Positions 1-9,733 of a stretch of 32,000 nucleotides of DNA are shown one piece after another (within the stretch, counting starts at the first letter, position 1; each line of letters starts with the position of its first letter). Origin of the DNA: Psychrobacter sp. HD31 (GTDB lineage: Bacteria > Pseudomonadota > Gammaproteobacteria > Pseudomonadales > Moraxellaceae); contig NZ_CP142525.1 of the NCBI RefSeq assembly GCF_051097895.1, positions 1,920,001 through 1,952,000 of the forward strand, given 5' to 3'. The position numbers and the translations under genes are program-made. The notes beneath the pieces are model-generated. The model saw only the letters and a list, made by a program, of their open reading frames with translations, was not told where the DNA came from and ran no database searches.

Positions 1-62
1 CTGCTTATAATGGCTAATTAACCATTACTATAACCCGTTACTTTAGATACAGGAAAACAATC

Positions 63-1001
63 ATGAATCAGCAATTGCCGACTATTTCTATCATTGGTTT
101 TGGGGCTTTAGGGGCGTTGTTTGCCAGTATTATTGCTAATCATATACCGTTTGAAAACTTGCGTATTGTGGCGGATGTAGAGCGATGCAAACGCTACACA
201 GATAACGGATTGGCTGTAAATGGCAAACCGATAAAGCTTAATTATGTTACCCCTGAGCAAAGTCAATCATTAGTACCTGCCGACTTGGTGATAGTGTGTA
301 CCAAGTATTATCATTTAGAGGCAGTTATGCCGTTAATACAAAGCCAAATAGGGGATAACACCCTGATTGTATCTGCTTTAAATGGTATTAGCAGTGAGGC
401 AGTGCTTGCCGATGCGTTTGGTAAAGACAAAGTGGTGTATTCGGTTGCACAGCAAATGGATGCCAGAAAAGAGGGCAATCAGCTAATTTACCGTGATGCA
501 GGGCAGTTGGTTATTGGGGCAATGACAAATGAGCCCACCGACATAACCAATGTTGAGCGTGTGCGAGATATATTTACCCAAGTGCAGCTCCCCCATAGTG
601 TTAGTGCAGATATGCCAAAAAATTTGTGGGGTAAGTTGATGCTTAACACGGGCGTTAACCAAACGGTTGCTTTTTATGAAGGCACGTTTGATACGGTACA
701 AGAAGTAGGTGAGCCTCGTGAGATGTTTAAAGCTGCCATGCGAGAGGTGATGGCGATTGCTAATGCTGAGGGTGTTGCCTTGGGTGAGGATGATTTTAAT
801 CAGTGGGTAACAATTATGGATAATTTAGACCCAACAGCGATGCCATCGTTAAGGCAAGATTTAAAGGCAGGGCGAGACTGTGAGGTGGAGCTGTTTGCAG
901 GGACGATATGCAAGTTAGGTAAAAAACATGGTATCGCCACGCCAGTGAATGATACTTTATATGAGGGTATTTATAAGCTGATGGAAAAAAATAGAGGTTA
1001 G
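63..1001 (+). CDS. 2-dehydropantoate 2-reductase (ketopantoate reductase, PanE/ApbA) family oxidoreductase
   Basis: 312-aa ORF with an N-terminal Rossmann motif IIGFGALGALFA (GxGxxG). Length and two-domain layout are typical of the ApbA/PanE family. An AGGAAA SD-like sequence lies upstream of the ATG. Confidence 0.75.
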   Translation: MNQQLPTISIIGFGALGALFASIIANHIPFENLRIVADVERCKRYTDNGLAVNGKPIKLNYVTPEQSQSLVPADLVIVCTKYYHLEAVMPLIQSQIGDNTLIVSALNGISSEAVLADAFGKDKVVYSVAQQMDARKEGNQLIYRDAGQLVIGAMTNEPTDITNVERVRDIFTQVQLPHSVSADMPKNLWGKLMLNTGVNQTVAFYEGTFDTVQEVGEPREMFKAAMREVMAIANAEGVALGEDDFNQWVTIMDNLDPTAMPSLRQDLKAGRDCEVELFAGTICKLGKKHGIATPVNDTLYEGIYKLMEKNRG

Positions 1002-1005
1002 AGGA

Positions 1006-1093
1006 GTAGGTCGGGTTAGCGTAACCCGACTACGCATAGAGTATCAAATTAAAATATATCGAGTTATGCTCGTTTTCTCACTTATATGACCTT
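1006..1093 (+). repeat. MITE/REP-like element, copy 1 (left hairpin module intact, right end degenerate)
   Basis: Starts GTAGGTCGGGTTAGCGTAACCCGAC, with a 9-bp stem GTCGGGTTA/TAACCCGAC. It then reads AAATTAAAATATATCGAGTTATGCTCGTTTTCTC, colinear with the copies at 1598 and 2182. It begins 4 bp after the upstream stop codon. Confidence 0.7.
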
Positions 1094-1180
1094 GTTTACT
1101 TTATTGTTTTCGGTTTCCTTGTATTGAGCAAGATGTTTGGTTAGACTGGTTTTGTTTTTTAAGTGATTTAAGGAGTTAGT

Positions 1181-1564
1181 ATGTCTCATAAGGTATTTCT
1201 TGGATTTGCGTTAGCGTCGTGTTTATTGTCAATAAGTTGTTTTGCTTCTGGTTCTTCTACCACTGAGAGTGCTCAAGTTGCTGAGCTTAACACCAGTGAT
1301 ATGATGTTGATTGAAAAAAATAAAGCAATGTTAAATATTGATGGTGTGGATTATAATTTTGATAGCTATATTAAGCTATTCCAACAACCGTATTATGTTA
1401 GCGTTTCTAGAGTGGATGGCAAACCAATGACTAGAGAAGTGGCGACAAAAGTTGCTACGGAGTATATCAAGCCAAGGGGTTGTACTGGAATTTTGGAACG
1501 TGATGCAAACCTTGATCAGAGCAATGCAGATAATTCTAAATGGATTATTGGTTTTTTGTGTTAG
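1181..1564 (+). CDS. hypothetical secreted protein / possible lipoprotein
   Basis: 127-aa ORF with a strong AAGGAG SD. The N-terminus is hydrophobic with a possible lipobox (FALASC). I recognise no family. Confidence 0.55.
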   Translation: MSHKVFLGFALASCLLSISCFASGSSTTESAQVAELNTSDMMLIEKNKAMLNIDGVDYNFDSYIKLFQQPYYVSVSRVDGKPMTREVATKVATEYIKPRGCTGILERDANLDQSNADNSKWIIGFLC

Positions 1565-1597
1565 TAAATGATAAATCCACACAATATTACCAGTAAA

Positions 1598-1688
1598 GTA
1601 GGTCGGGTTAGCGATAGCGTAACCCGACGAATGGAGTATTAAATTAAGATATGTCGAGTTACGCTCGTTCCTCTCTAACACGACCTAC
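1598..1688 (+). repeat. MITE/REP-like element, copy 2 (full length, with terminal inverted repeats)
   Basis: The left end GTAGGTCGGGTTA (1598-1610) is the reverse complement of the right end TAACACGACCTAC (1676-1688) at 12 of 13 positions. It has the internal hairpin GTCGGGTTA..TAACCCGAC and is colinear with copies 1 and 3. Confidence 0.8.
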
Positions 1689-1699
1689 GTTATAGGAGT

Positions 1700-2158
1700 T
1701 TAAGAAATACACAATGGTTTAAGTGTTGGCGTATAAAAGTAGACAAACTCTAATCCATCAGGTAGCAGTTCTTGTAATTCTTTATCTGGGAAAGTCTGCT
1801 GCATAATTAAGAATTTTTTAGGCTCTAATGTGATTGCTTTTAATGTAGAAAAGGCAGGTTCATTTTTATAGACAAGCTGCATACCATTTGTTGTAGGTTT
1901 TAAAGTGTATGTTTCTTTCTCTGTTTGGCGGTAGGTTTTGGTTTCTGCATTACATTTAAAACGATAGTTATGAGTGAGGTTGCCTTTAAAATTAATTACG
2001 GCATATTCCCCGTCAACATCACCCACCATTGCCCAATAACCATCTTCTATACCTTCTGGAAAACTGTATAAACCATCAGAGCTTACATTTTGTGAAGTGG
2101 TTGCACAGGCTGTTAGTAAACTAGTTGCCGTGATTAATGCTAGTATTGATTTTTTCAT
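1700..2158 (-). CDS. hypothetical lipoprotein
   Basis: 152-aa ORF with the signal peptide MKKSILALITATSLLTAC (lipobox LTAC). AAGGGA lies upstream of the ATG. No family assignment. Confidence 0.65.
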   Translation of the reverse strand: MKKSILALITATSLLTACATTSQNVSSDGLYSFPEGIEDGYWAMVGDVDGEYAVINFKGNLTHNYRFKCNAETKTYRQTEKETYTLKPTTNGMQLVYKNEPAFSTLKAITLEPKKFLIMQQTFPDKELQELLPDGLEFVYFYTPTLKPLCIS

Positions 2159-2181
2159 TGGTTATTCCCTTTTTTGAATAA

Positions 2182-2229
2182 AAATTAAGTAGCCCGAGTT
2201 ATGCTCGTTTCCTCGCTAACACGACCTAC
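2182..2229 (+). repeat. MITE/REP-like element, copy 3 (right half only)
   Basis: AAATTAAGTAGCCCGAGTTATGCTCGTTTCCTCGCTAACACGACCTAC matches the right module of the copy at 1598-1688. It ends 12 bp before the valS stop codon. Confidence 0.7.
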
Positions 2230-2241
2230 GTTATTCTGACC

Positions 2242-5178
2242 TTAGAGAGACTTCAACTCTTCAACTTGTTTTTCCATCACTGAAAGTTGCCCCTCAAGCT
2301 CCGCCAATTTCGCTTTTTCTGCCTCAACCACTTGTGCAGGTGCTTTGCTAACAAAGCCCTCATTTCCTAATTTACGGCTAATGCCCTCAGCTTGTTTTTG
2401 CAGTTTTTCTTGCGCTTTGGCAAGTCGGTTAAGCTCGGCTGTTGGGTCAATCAAGCCTTTCATAGGTACAAGCACACGCAACTGCCCAACCATGCTAGAT
2501 GACGATAACGGCACCTCTTCGCCATCGGCAACCAGAGTTAAACTTTCAATTTTGGCAAGTGCCTTAAACTGGTTTTCTACACGTTGTAGTCTGGCGGTTT
2601 CTTCATCGCTCATGCCTTGCAATAACACAGGCAGTTGTACCGCATTGCCCAGCTTCATCTCACCACGTATGTTACGCACACCAGCAATCATATCTTGTAG
2701 CCATGTCATGTCATGCTCGGTTTGCTCGCTAATCAAGCCATCATCCGCAGTTGGGAAGTTTGCCACCACTAAGCTATCTACATCTTTACGGTTAAGTAGC
2801 GGTGCAATGGTTTGCCATAACTGCTCGGTTAAATACGGCATAATTGGGTGGGTAAAGCGTAGGGCGGTTTCTAACACGTGCAACAATACATAGCGTATTT
2901 GTGCTTTGCGCTCATCACTCACGGCATCGTCATTTAATGTGGCTTTTGCAAGCTCTACATACCAGTCGCAATATTCGTTCCAAATAAACTCATAAATGTC
3001 TTGGCTCACCATGTCTAGGCGGTATTGGTTCATGTGTTTGTGTATGCTGGCAATGGTAGAGTTTAAACGGCTGATAATCCATTTTTCTGGCAAGCCCCAT
3101 TGTTCCGGGTTGGCAGATTCAGCAACTGGTAGGGCATTCTCTTCTTTGTCTACACAGTTCATCAACACAAAGCGAGAGGCATTCCAAATTTTATTACAAA
3201 AGTTGCGGTAGCCTTCTACTCGTTTTAGGTCAAAATTAATGTCTCGCCCTGTGCTGGCAAGCGAAGTAAAGGTAAAGCGTAGAGCATCGGTACCAAAGGC
3301 TGGTATGCCATCGGCAAACTCTTTGCGGGTTTGTTTTTCAATTTTTGCCGCATCTTTCGGGTTCATCATGTTGCTTGTGCGCTTGGTCACTAAGCTTTCT
3401 AGGTCTATGCCGTCAATAAGGTCAATTGGGTCTAATACATTACCCTTAGACTTAGACATTTTTTGTCCACTACCATCACGCACTAAACCATGCACATACA
3501 CAGTTTTAAATGGTACCTGCGGTGTGCCATCTTCATTTTTAATAAAGTGCATGGTTAGCATTATCATACGTGCTACCCAAAAGAAGATAATATCAAACCC
3601 AGTTACCAACACACTGGTCGGGTGGAAGGTTGGCATGATACGTGGGTCGTCCGTATTGTCTGACCAACCAAGGGTGCTAAACGTCCAAAGTCCAGAGCTA
3701 AACCAAGTATCTAGTACGTCGTCATCTTGGCGTAGTGTTACGTCATCACTAAGGCCATGTTTACTGCGTGCTTCGGCTTCATCTCTTGCTACATAAATGT
3801 TGCCTTCGTCATCATACCAGGCTGGTATGCGGTGCCCCCACCATAACTGACGGCTAATGCACCAGTCTTGCAAATCATTCATCCATGCCATGTACATATT
3901 TTTGTATTGGGCAGGCACAAACTCAATATCGCCGTTTTCCACCGCATCAATGGCTGGCTTGGCAAGTTTGTCTACCGCCACATACCATTGGTCGGTTAGC
4001 ATTGGTTCAATAACAACACCGCCACGGTCGCCATAAGGTACGGTCATGTCGTTGTCTTCAATTTTTTCTAACAAGCCAAGCTCGTCCATTTCGGCAACCA
4101 GTTGCTTACGTGCTTTAAAACGTTCTACACCTTGGTAACTTGCTGGTAGCTCAGCTGAATAAACATCGCTGGCATTGCCTTTGCTGTCAAAAACTTCGGC
4201 AGATTCACGGATAAATGCATCTTCGGTTAAGATGTTAATCATTGGTAATTCGTGACGTTTACCGACTTCGTAGTCATTAAAGTCGTGCGCTGGGGTGATT
4301 TTTACGCAACCTGTGCCTTTTTCCATATCGGCATGGTCATCGCCCACAATCGGTATGCGTCTGCCAACAATTGGCAACTCTACAAAACTGCCAATCAAAT
4401 CTTGGTAACGCTCATCTTTAGGGTTGACTGCCACGCCCGTATCGCCAAGTACCGTTTCTGGACGGGTGGTGGCAACTACAATATAGTTTTTGCCATCTTT
4501 GGTGGATTTGCCATCTGCCAATGGATAGTGGAAGTGCCACATTTTGCCTTTCACATCTTTGTTTTCTACTTCTAAATCAGAAATGGCAGTTAATAGGGCA
4601 GGGTCCCAGTTTACTAGGCGTTTACCGCGGTAAATCAAGCCGTCTTCGTGCAGGCGTACAAACACCTCTTTTACCGTGTTAGATAGTCCATCGTCCATGG
4701 TAAAACGCTCACGTGACCAATCGACAGATGACCCCAAACGGCGGATTTGGCTGGTGATGTTACCGCCAGACTCTTCTTTCCATTCCCAAATTTTGTCAAT
4801 AAAGTCTTCACGGCTTAAATCTTTGCGTTTAATGCCTTGCTTATTTAAACGACGCTCTACAACCATTTGCGTTGCAATGCCTGCGTGGTCGGTACCTGGT
4901 TGCCAAAGGGTGTTAAAGCCACTCATACGGTGGTAACGGGTTAGGGTGTCCATAATGGTGTTATTAAAACCATGCCCCATGTGCAGGCTACCGGTTACGT
5001 TTGGTGGTGGCAGGGCAATAGAAAAAGACTGTGGCTGGTCAAAAGTTGGTTTAAAGTAGCCTTGTTCTTCCCAATTTTGGTACATGCCTTGCTCGATGTT
5101 GGCTGGGCTGTAGGCGTTTTCTAATTGGCTTAACGCATTTTGGATAGATTGGGTTAGGTTGGTGTTGCTCATAATCAT
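2242..5178 (-). CDS. valS: valine--tRNA ligase
   Basis: 978-aa ORF with the class I HIGH motif ([12 protein letters not shown]), the KMSKS motif (KMSKSKGN) and a C-terminal coiled coil typical of ValRS. The start may instead be the ATG at 5171 (MSNTN...). Confidence 0.97.
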   Translation of the reverse strand: MIMSNTNLTQSIQNALSQLENAYSPANIEQGMYQNWEEQGYFKPTFDQPQSFSIALPPPNVTGSLHMGHGFNNTIMDTLTRYHRMSGFNTLWQPGTDHAGIATQMVVERRLNKQGIKRKDLSREDFIDKIWEWKEESGGNITSQIRRLGSSVDWSRERFTMDDGLSNTVKEVFVRLHEDGLIYRGKRLVNWDPALLTAISDLEVENKDVKGKMWHFHYPLADGKSTKDGKNYIVVATTRPETVLGDTGVAVNPKDERYQDLIGSFVELPIVGRRIPIVGDDHADMEKGTGCVKITPAHDFNDYEVGKRHELPMINILTEDAFIRESAEVFDSKGNASDVYSAELPASYQGVERFKARKQLVAEMDELGLLEKIEDNDMTVPYGDRGGVVIEPMLTDQWYVAVDKLAKPAIDAVENGDIEFVPAQYKNMYMAWMNDLQDWCISRQLWWGHRIPAWYDDEGNIYVARDEAEARSKHGLSDDVTLRQDDDVLDTWFSSGLWTFSTLGWSDNTDDPRIMPTFHPTSVLVTGFDIIFFWVARMIMLTMHFIKNEDGTPQVPFKTVYVHGLVRDGSGQKMSKSKGNVLDPIDLIDGIDLESLVTKRTSNMMNPKDAAKIEKQTRKEFADGIPAFGTDALRFTFTSLASTGRDINFDLKRVEGYRNFCNKIWNASRFVLMNCVDKEENALPVAESANPEQWGLPEKWIISRLNSTIASIHKHMNQYRLDMVSQDIYEFIWNEYCDWYVELAKATLNDDAVSDERKAQIRYVLLHVLETALRFTHPIMPYLTEQLWQTIAPLLNRKDVDSLVVANFPTADDGLISEQTEHDMTWLQDMIAGVRNIRGEMKLGNAVQLPVLLQGMSDEETARLQRVENQFKALAKIESLTLVADGEEVPLSSSSMVGQLRVLVPMKGLIDPTAELNRLAKAQEKLQKQAEGISRKLGNEGFVSKAPAQVVEAEKAKLAELEGQLSVMEKQVEELKSL

Positions 5179-5543
5179 CTTCTGCTTGTATTAAAAATTC
5201 TGGTACTAAATTAAATAGATAAACGATACGTAGGTTTGGCTTTAACACAGCGAATCACAAACATGGTTGTAAACTACTGAGCCACCACGATGGCGTTTAT
5301 AATTTTAGTTAAAATAAAAAAAGTTAGATAAGGACGATTGTAACCCAAATAGGCATAAATATCTGCTAAAAATGCCTAAAAACCGTCGCAAAAAATATTT
5401 TATTTGATAAAAAATAGGAATGCGTGACTGTAAAAAAATAGCTATGACAATTGGATAAAATTTTGCTAACCTTTTAAGGTTTTTAAAGTAAAGTGATTAA
5501 CCACGACAAACTTAAGTTAACCAAATTAATAAAGGATACGATT

Positions 5544-6677
5544 ATGCCTGCATTACGCTCAGATATTGACCCAGATGGATTATTAGAATATTCGGTGGTT
5601 TATACCGACCGCTCATTAAATCATATGTCGCAAGCTTTTGGGCAAGTAATGCGAGATTTGTCGTCAGAGCTTAAACAAGTTTACCAAGCAGACGCTGTCG
5701 TCATTGTTCCGGGTTCTGGTACTTTTGGTATGGAAGCCGTTGCAAGACAACTTGTAACAGACAAACATAGCCTTATTATCCGTAACGGTTGGTTTAGCTA
5801 CCGCTGGACGCAAATTATTGAAAAAGGCAGATTAACAGATAAATCTGAGGTTTTGTGTGCAGGCAATGATGGCCAGTCAGAAAGTGCGTTTACGCCAGTA
5901 GAGATTGAAAAAGCCGTTGCGACGATCAAAGAAACCAAACCAGAAGTAGTTTTTGCCCCGCATGTAGAAACCTCTGCAGGTATGATTTTACCAGATGATT
6001 ATATTAAACAACTTGCCGATGCGGTGCATAGTGTGGGCGGTTTGTTAGTGATTGACTGTATTGCCAGTGGTTGTATTTGGTTAGATATGAAAGCTTTGGG
6101 GATTGATGTGCTTATTTCTGCCCCACAAAAAGGTTGGTCGAGCGCCCCTTGTGCTGGCTTAGTTATGTTAAGTGAGCAAGCGGTGACTGCGGTAGATAAT
6201 AGTGAGTCAAACAGCTTTAGCGTTGACTTAAAGCAATGGTTAAACATTATGCGTGCATTTGAAAATGGTGGTCATGCTTACCATGCAACCATGCCAACCG
6301 ATGGCTTACGCCAGTTCCGTGATGCTTTGTTAGAAGCCAAACAAATTGGTTTTCAAGAACTTAAAGAATCACAGTGGGAGCTTGGCAACCGTGTGCGTGA
6401 TTTGCTAGAAGATAAAGGCATAGAAAGCGTGGCTGCCGAAGGCTATCAAGCACCAGGTGTGGTGGTGAGTTATACCGATGACGATGCCATCCATAAGGGT
6501 CAAGCGTTTGCCAAATTGGGTATGCAAATTGCAGCAGGTGTTCCACTACAATGTGGTGAGCCAGAAAGCTTTAAAACCTTCCGTATTGGGTTGTTTGGCT
6601 TAGATAAATTAACAGATGTTGATGGCGCAGTAGCAAGATTTGAAGCGGTACTTAATCAAATTGTACCAGCAAAATAG
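5544..6677 (+). CDS. class V (AGXT/serine-pyruvate type) PLP-dependent aminotransferase
   Basis: The ORF track starts at a GTG at 5493. The ATG at 5544 is preceded by AAAGGA and is the likelier start. The sequence has a VPGSGTFGME motif and a PLP-lysine context SAPQKGW typical of the class V fold. Confidence 0.85.
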   Translation: MPALRSDIDPDGLLEYSVVYTDRSLNHMSQAFGQVMRDLSSELKQVYQADAVVIVPGSGTFGMEAVARQLVTDKHSLIIRNGWFSYRWTQIIEKGRLTDKSEVLCAGNDGQSESAFTPVEIEKAVATIKETKPEVVFAPHVETSAGMILPDDYIKQLADAVHSVGGLLVIDCIASGCIWLDMKALGIDVLISAPQKGWSSAPCAGLVMLSEQAVTAVDNSESNSFSVDLKQWLNIMRAFENGGHAYHATMPTDGLRQFRDALLEAKQIGFQELKESQWELGNRVRDLLEDKGIESVAAEGYQAPGVVVSYTDDDAIHKGQAFAKLGMQIAAGVPLQCGEPESFKTFRIGLFGLDKLTDVDGAVARFEAVLNQIVPAK

Positions 6678-6718
6678 TTGGGTTGATGTTTGATATGCGA
6701 TTTGTTTAAGTTTATCTT

Positions 6719-6753
6719 AAAAATACCAAATAATCATGTTTGGTATTTTTTTT
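6719..6753 (+). terminator. rho-independent terminator after the aminotransferase gene
   Basis: Stem ATACCAAA (6723-6730) pairs with TTTGGTAT (6739-6746), followed by a T7 run. Confidence 0.7.
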
Positions 6754-6905
6754 GCCATTTTGATAATGCAAAAGCATTAAGAATTGAGAAATAAACTGAT
6801 TCAAAGAAGAAAGAAAAATCAACAAAAAGTCATAAATATCGTTAGTGTTTCGATATTTTTTTGTTTAGAATGTTTTAACTAAGTTGTTTATTTTAAGGTT
6901 GATGG

Positions 6906-8378
6906 ATGTTTGGTTTTTATATGCCACCTATATTAAAAATGTTAAAAGGGTTTAAAGCCAAAACTCACTTGCATAAATTTTTGCAAAAAAGTACATTGTT
7001 ATTGGCACTGGGTATCACTACGACTGCTTTGCCAATGGCACCGGCGTATGCAAAAGTTACCTCGGCAGATTTCTCTGAGCTTGTAAGCCAAGTTACTCAG
7101 GGCGTGGCGAGGGTTAATGTCACTAAAAATGTAAGTGAAGAAGAGCTGGCTCAGGCACAAACGGCTGAATTACTAAAAAAGTTTTTTGGTGATCGAGTAA
7201 ACATACCAGATAGCCAAGTATCGCCTGTAGAAAAAGCTTTTGGTACGGCATTTTTTATTACCCAAGATGGTTACATGCTTACTAACAACCATGTGGTAGA
7301 AGGTGCCGACAGCATTACTGTCACTTTAAATGATCGCCGTGAACTAGATGCAACATTGGTAGGGAGTGATGAACGCTCTGACGTGGCCGTATTAAAAGTA
7401 ACAGGTAGCAGTTTTCCTGCATTGCCAGTTGGTGACTCTAGCCAGCTGAAAGTGGGTGAACCTGTTTTGGCAATCGGCTCACCTTTTGGTTTTGACTACT
7501 CGGCATCATCGGGTATTGTCAGTGCAACTTCGCGCAACTTTTCTCGCCAAACCAGTGTGCCATTTATTCAAACTGATGTTGCCATTAATCCTGGTAATTC
7601 TGGCGGTCCTTTGTTTAATCAAGAAGGCGAGGTCATTGGCATTAACTCGCGCATTTTTAGTGATACAGGCAGCTACTTGGGATTGTCATTTTCTATTCCT
7701 GTTAATGAGGCAATGGAAATCTATGAGCAGATTAAAACAGGTGGGAAGGTAGAGCGTGCTTATTTTGGCGCATTTCCGCAAGATATCGACCGTAATTTGG
7801 CAGAAGTTTATGGATTAGATAGACCCATTGGCGCCTTGCTCACACGTGTCACGCCAGACTCGCCTGCAAGTAAAGCAGGGTTAAAATCTGGAGATGTTAT
7901 TTTAAAATATAATGACACAGATATTTTAAGCTCTGACGATTTGGTTAATAAACTGTACCGAGCCAAACCAGGTGACCAATTTAAATTACTACTGCAAAGA
8001 AGTGGTAAGCAACGTATCGCAACAGGCAAGTTTGAACAAGTGCCAACAGGGGTGGAATCTTCTGCAACTGACAATTTTGAACACCCTCAAAAAATAAAGT
8101 TAGGCATCAATTTGCGAGAGCTTTTACCTACAGAAAAGTTAGAAATGCGTAACGCAGGTATTGATGGCGGTGTGTTAATTGTTGATGTTAACCCAACAGG
8201 GCGTGCTGCAAGGGCAGGATTGCAGGCGGGTGATTTGGTTACCAACTTGCACCAAAACCCCACCTTGAGCATTAATGATTTTGCAGCAGCAGTGCAAGGG
8301 CTACCCGAAACAGGGGTGGTGACGGTTGAAGTGATTCGTAGTCGTATCCCTGTCATTATAGGGTTACGTATTGACTAA
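6906..8378 (+). CDS. periplasmic serine endoprotease, DegP/DegQ/MucD (HtrA) family
   Basis: Signal peptide ending AYA|K. The trypsin-fold triad contexts are TNNHVV (His), DVAVLK (Asp) and GNSGGPL (Ser). Two PDZ-like segments are present (SPASKAGLKSGDVI and GRAARAGLQAGDLV). The exact start is uncertain (6906, 6921 or 6939). Confidence 0.9.
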   Translation: MFGFYMPPILKMLKGFKAKTHLHKFLQKSTLLLALGITTTALPMAPAYAKVTSADFSELVSQVTQGVARVNVTKNVSEEELAQAQTAELLKKFFGDRVNIPDSQVSPVEKAFGTAFFITQDGYMLTNNHVVEGADSITVTLNDRRELDATLVGSDERSDVAVLKVTGSSFPALPVGDSSQLKVGEPVLAIGSPFGFDYSASSGIVSATSRNFSRQTSVPFIQTDVAINPGNSGGPLFNQEGEVIGINSRIFSDTGSYLGLSFSIPVNEAMEIYEQIKTGGKVERAYFGAFPQDIDRNLAEVYGLDRPIGALLTRVTPDSPASKAGLKSGDVILKYNDTDILSSDDLVNKLYRAKPGDQFKLLLQRSGKQRIATGKFEQVPTGVESSATDNFEHPQKIKLGINLRELLPTEKLEMRNAGIDGGVLIVDVNPTGRAARAGLQAGDLVTNLHQNPTLSINDFAAAVQGLPETGVVTVEVIRSRIPVIIGLRID

Positions 8379-8437
8379 AAAACAAAGTTTTATCACCCAT
8401 ATTCGTGATATTTCCGTATGTGGGGTTATTTAAAATA

Positions 8438-8446
8438 TGCTAAAAT
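8438..8446 (+). promoter_or_regulatory. candidate extended -10 promoter element for dapA
   Basis: TGCTAAAAT (TGn + TAAAAT) lies 37 nt upstream of the dapA ATG. This rests on sequence pattern only. Confidence 0.3.
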
Positions 8447-8482
8447 GGCAGGCAAACAAAATAAAGTAAGTAAGGCGAATGT

Positions 8483-9388
8483 ATGACCAATTCATATGAT
8501 GAAATTAAAACCCAGCTTCAAGGCTCTATGGTAGCGTTGGTAACACCGATGAAACCCAATGGAGATGTTGACTATGATAAGTTGGGAGATCTTATTGATT
8601 GGCAAATAGAGCAAGGCACACATTGTTTGGTTGCGGTTGGCACAACGGGCGAGTCTGCTACATTGCCAGTGCAAGAACATGGCGATGTGATTCGCTTTTT
8701 CGTCAAACAAGTTAATGGTCGTGTGCCAGTTGTCGCCGGTACAGGTGCAAATAGTACTCAAGAGGCGATTGCACTAACTAAAATGGCACAAGAGTCTGGT
8801 GCAGACTGTGCATTGCTTGTGGCGCCTTATTACAACAAGCCAACACAAGAAGGCATTTATCAACATTACAAGGCAATTGCAGAGGCGGTGGATATCCCAC
8901 AGATGTTGTACAATGTACCAGGGCGTACTGTTGTAGATATTGCACAAGAAACAGTAGAACGACTGGCAGATATTGATAATATTGTTGCGATTAAAGATGC
9001 AACAGGCTCGCTTGAACGTGGCGCAAAATTAATTGAAGCTGTGGGTGACCGTATGGTGGTGTTATCTGGCGATGACCCAACTGCGTTAGAGCTAATGAAA
9101 GTTGGCGGTAAAGGCAATATTTCTGTTACGGCAAATGTTGCACCAAAAGTTATGAGCCAAGTGTTTGAATTGGCATTAAAAGGTGAGTTTGACCAAGCTG
9201 AAAAAATCCATGAGCAAGTTAAACATTTACATAAAGATTTATTTATTGAATCAAGCCCAAGCCCTACTAAATATGCCTTGTATAAAATGGGCAAAGTAGA
9301 TACGGGCATTCGCTTACCTTTGGTTTGGTTGTCCGAACAAAATCAACCAGTGATTGATGCTGCCATTAGTAAAGCTGGTTTGGTTTAA
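8483..9388 (+). CDS. dapA: 4-hydroxy-tetrahydrodipicolinate synthase
   Basis: 301-aa ORF with the DapA motifs GTTGES, YNVPGRT and the active-site lysine context AIKDATG. Confidence 0.95.
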   Translation: MTNSYDEIKTQLQGSMVALVTPMKPNGDVDYDKLGDLIDWQIEQGTHCLVAVGTTGESATLPVQEHGDVIRFFVKQVNGRVPVVAGTGANSTQEAIALTKMAQESGADCALLVAPYYNKPTQEGIYQHYKAIAEAVDIPQMLYNVPGRTVVDIAQETVERLADIDNIVAIKDATGSLERGAKLIEAVGDRMVVLSGDDPTALELMKVGGKGNISVTANVAPKVMSQVFELALKGEFDQAEKIHEQVKHLHKDLFIESSPSPTKYALYKMGKVDTGIRLPLVWLSEQNQPVIDAAISKAGLV

Positions 9389-9416
9389 TTAAGATTAAAA
9401 ATAAAAGAGATTGGTA

Positions 9417-9683
9417 ATGAAAACACTTAAAATAATGACAACCGTTGTGGTAACCGCAAGCTTGTTATCAGGTTGCCAAATGATACGAGATTGGACAGGC
9501 AAGCGAGATAACGGCAGCCTAGACTACCAAAAAAGCGAGTTGTTAGCACCAATAAAACTACCTGCTGAGCAAAAAACTCAGGGGTTTGTGCATTTGTACC
9601 CTGCAATAGAGATGGGCAAAAGCAACCTAGATACAACAAATAAAACAGGAACTCAGTATGAGTTGCCTGCACCACAGCGTTAG
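9417..9683 (+). CDS. small lipoprotein at the syntenic BamC position (possible minimal BamC-like protein)
   Basis: The ATG at 9417 follows AAAGAGA, while the track start at 9411 is a TTG. The signal peptide has the lipobox LLSGC. The gene sits between dapA and purC, as bamC (nlpB) does in E. coli. The mature part is only about 67 aa. Confidence 0.55.
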   Translation: MKTLKIMTTVVVTASLLSGCQMIRDWTGKRDNGSLDYQKSELLAPIKLPAEQKTQGFVHLYPAIEMGKSNLDTTNKTGTQYELPAPQR

Positions 9684-9733
9684 TAGTACACACAAATTAC
9701 GAAACAACCATCATTTTTTAAAAGGCATTAACC

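Noticed and set aside
13-24. GGCTAATTAACC just after a TATAAT at the window start, resembling the GGCTAATTAGCC palindrome at 13782-13793.
   Set aside because: Only a 9-mer is shared. That is about what chance gives in 32 kb, so there are no grounds to call a shared operator.
2345-4936. Plus-strand ORFs of 71-185 aa (2345..2893, 2996..3211, 3239..3796, 4252..4575, 4676..4936) inside valS. Similar antisense or out-of-frame ORFs lie inside dapA (8866..9309), murI (13953..14342), EamA (20665..21240), the DASS transporter (25871..26230, 26624..27034), dapC (24756..25094) and others.
   Set aside because: All are fully nested in long, well-supported genes on the other strand or frame. They have low-complexity or Ser/Cys/Leu-rich translations and no SD, so they are shadow ORFs.
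5228-5300. Possible degenerate copy of the GTAGGT... repeat, and a tRNA-like fragment (reverse complement GGTGGCTCAGTAGTT), upstream of valS.
   Set aside because: Similarity to the repeat is limited to GTAGGT and TAACAC. No cloverleaf (D, anticodon or T arms) can be drawn, so this is not supportable.
5493-5543. N-terminal extensions from non-ATG starts in the ORF track: GTG 5493, TTG 9411, TTG 17043, GTG 18010, TTG 25359.
   Set aside because: In each case an in-frame ATG with a better-placed SD lies a few codons downstream. The extension often contains the SD itself, so I used the downstream ATG.
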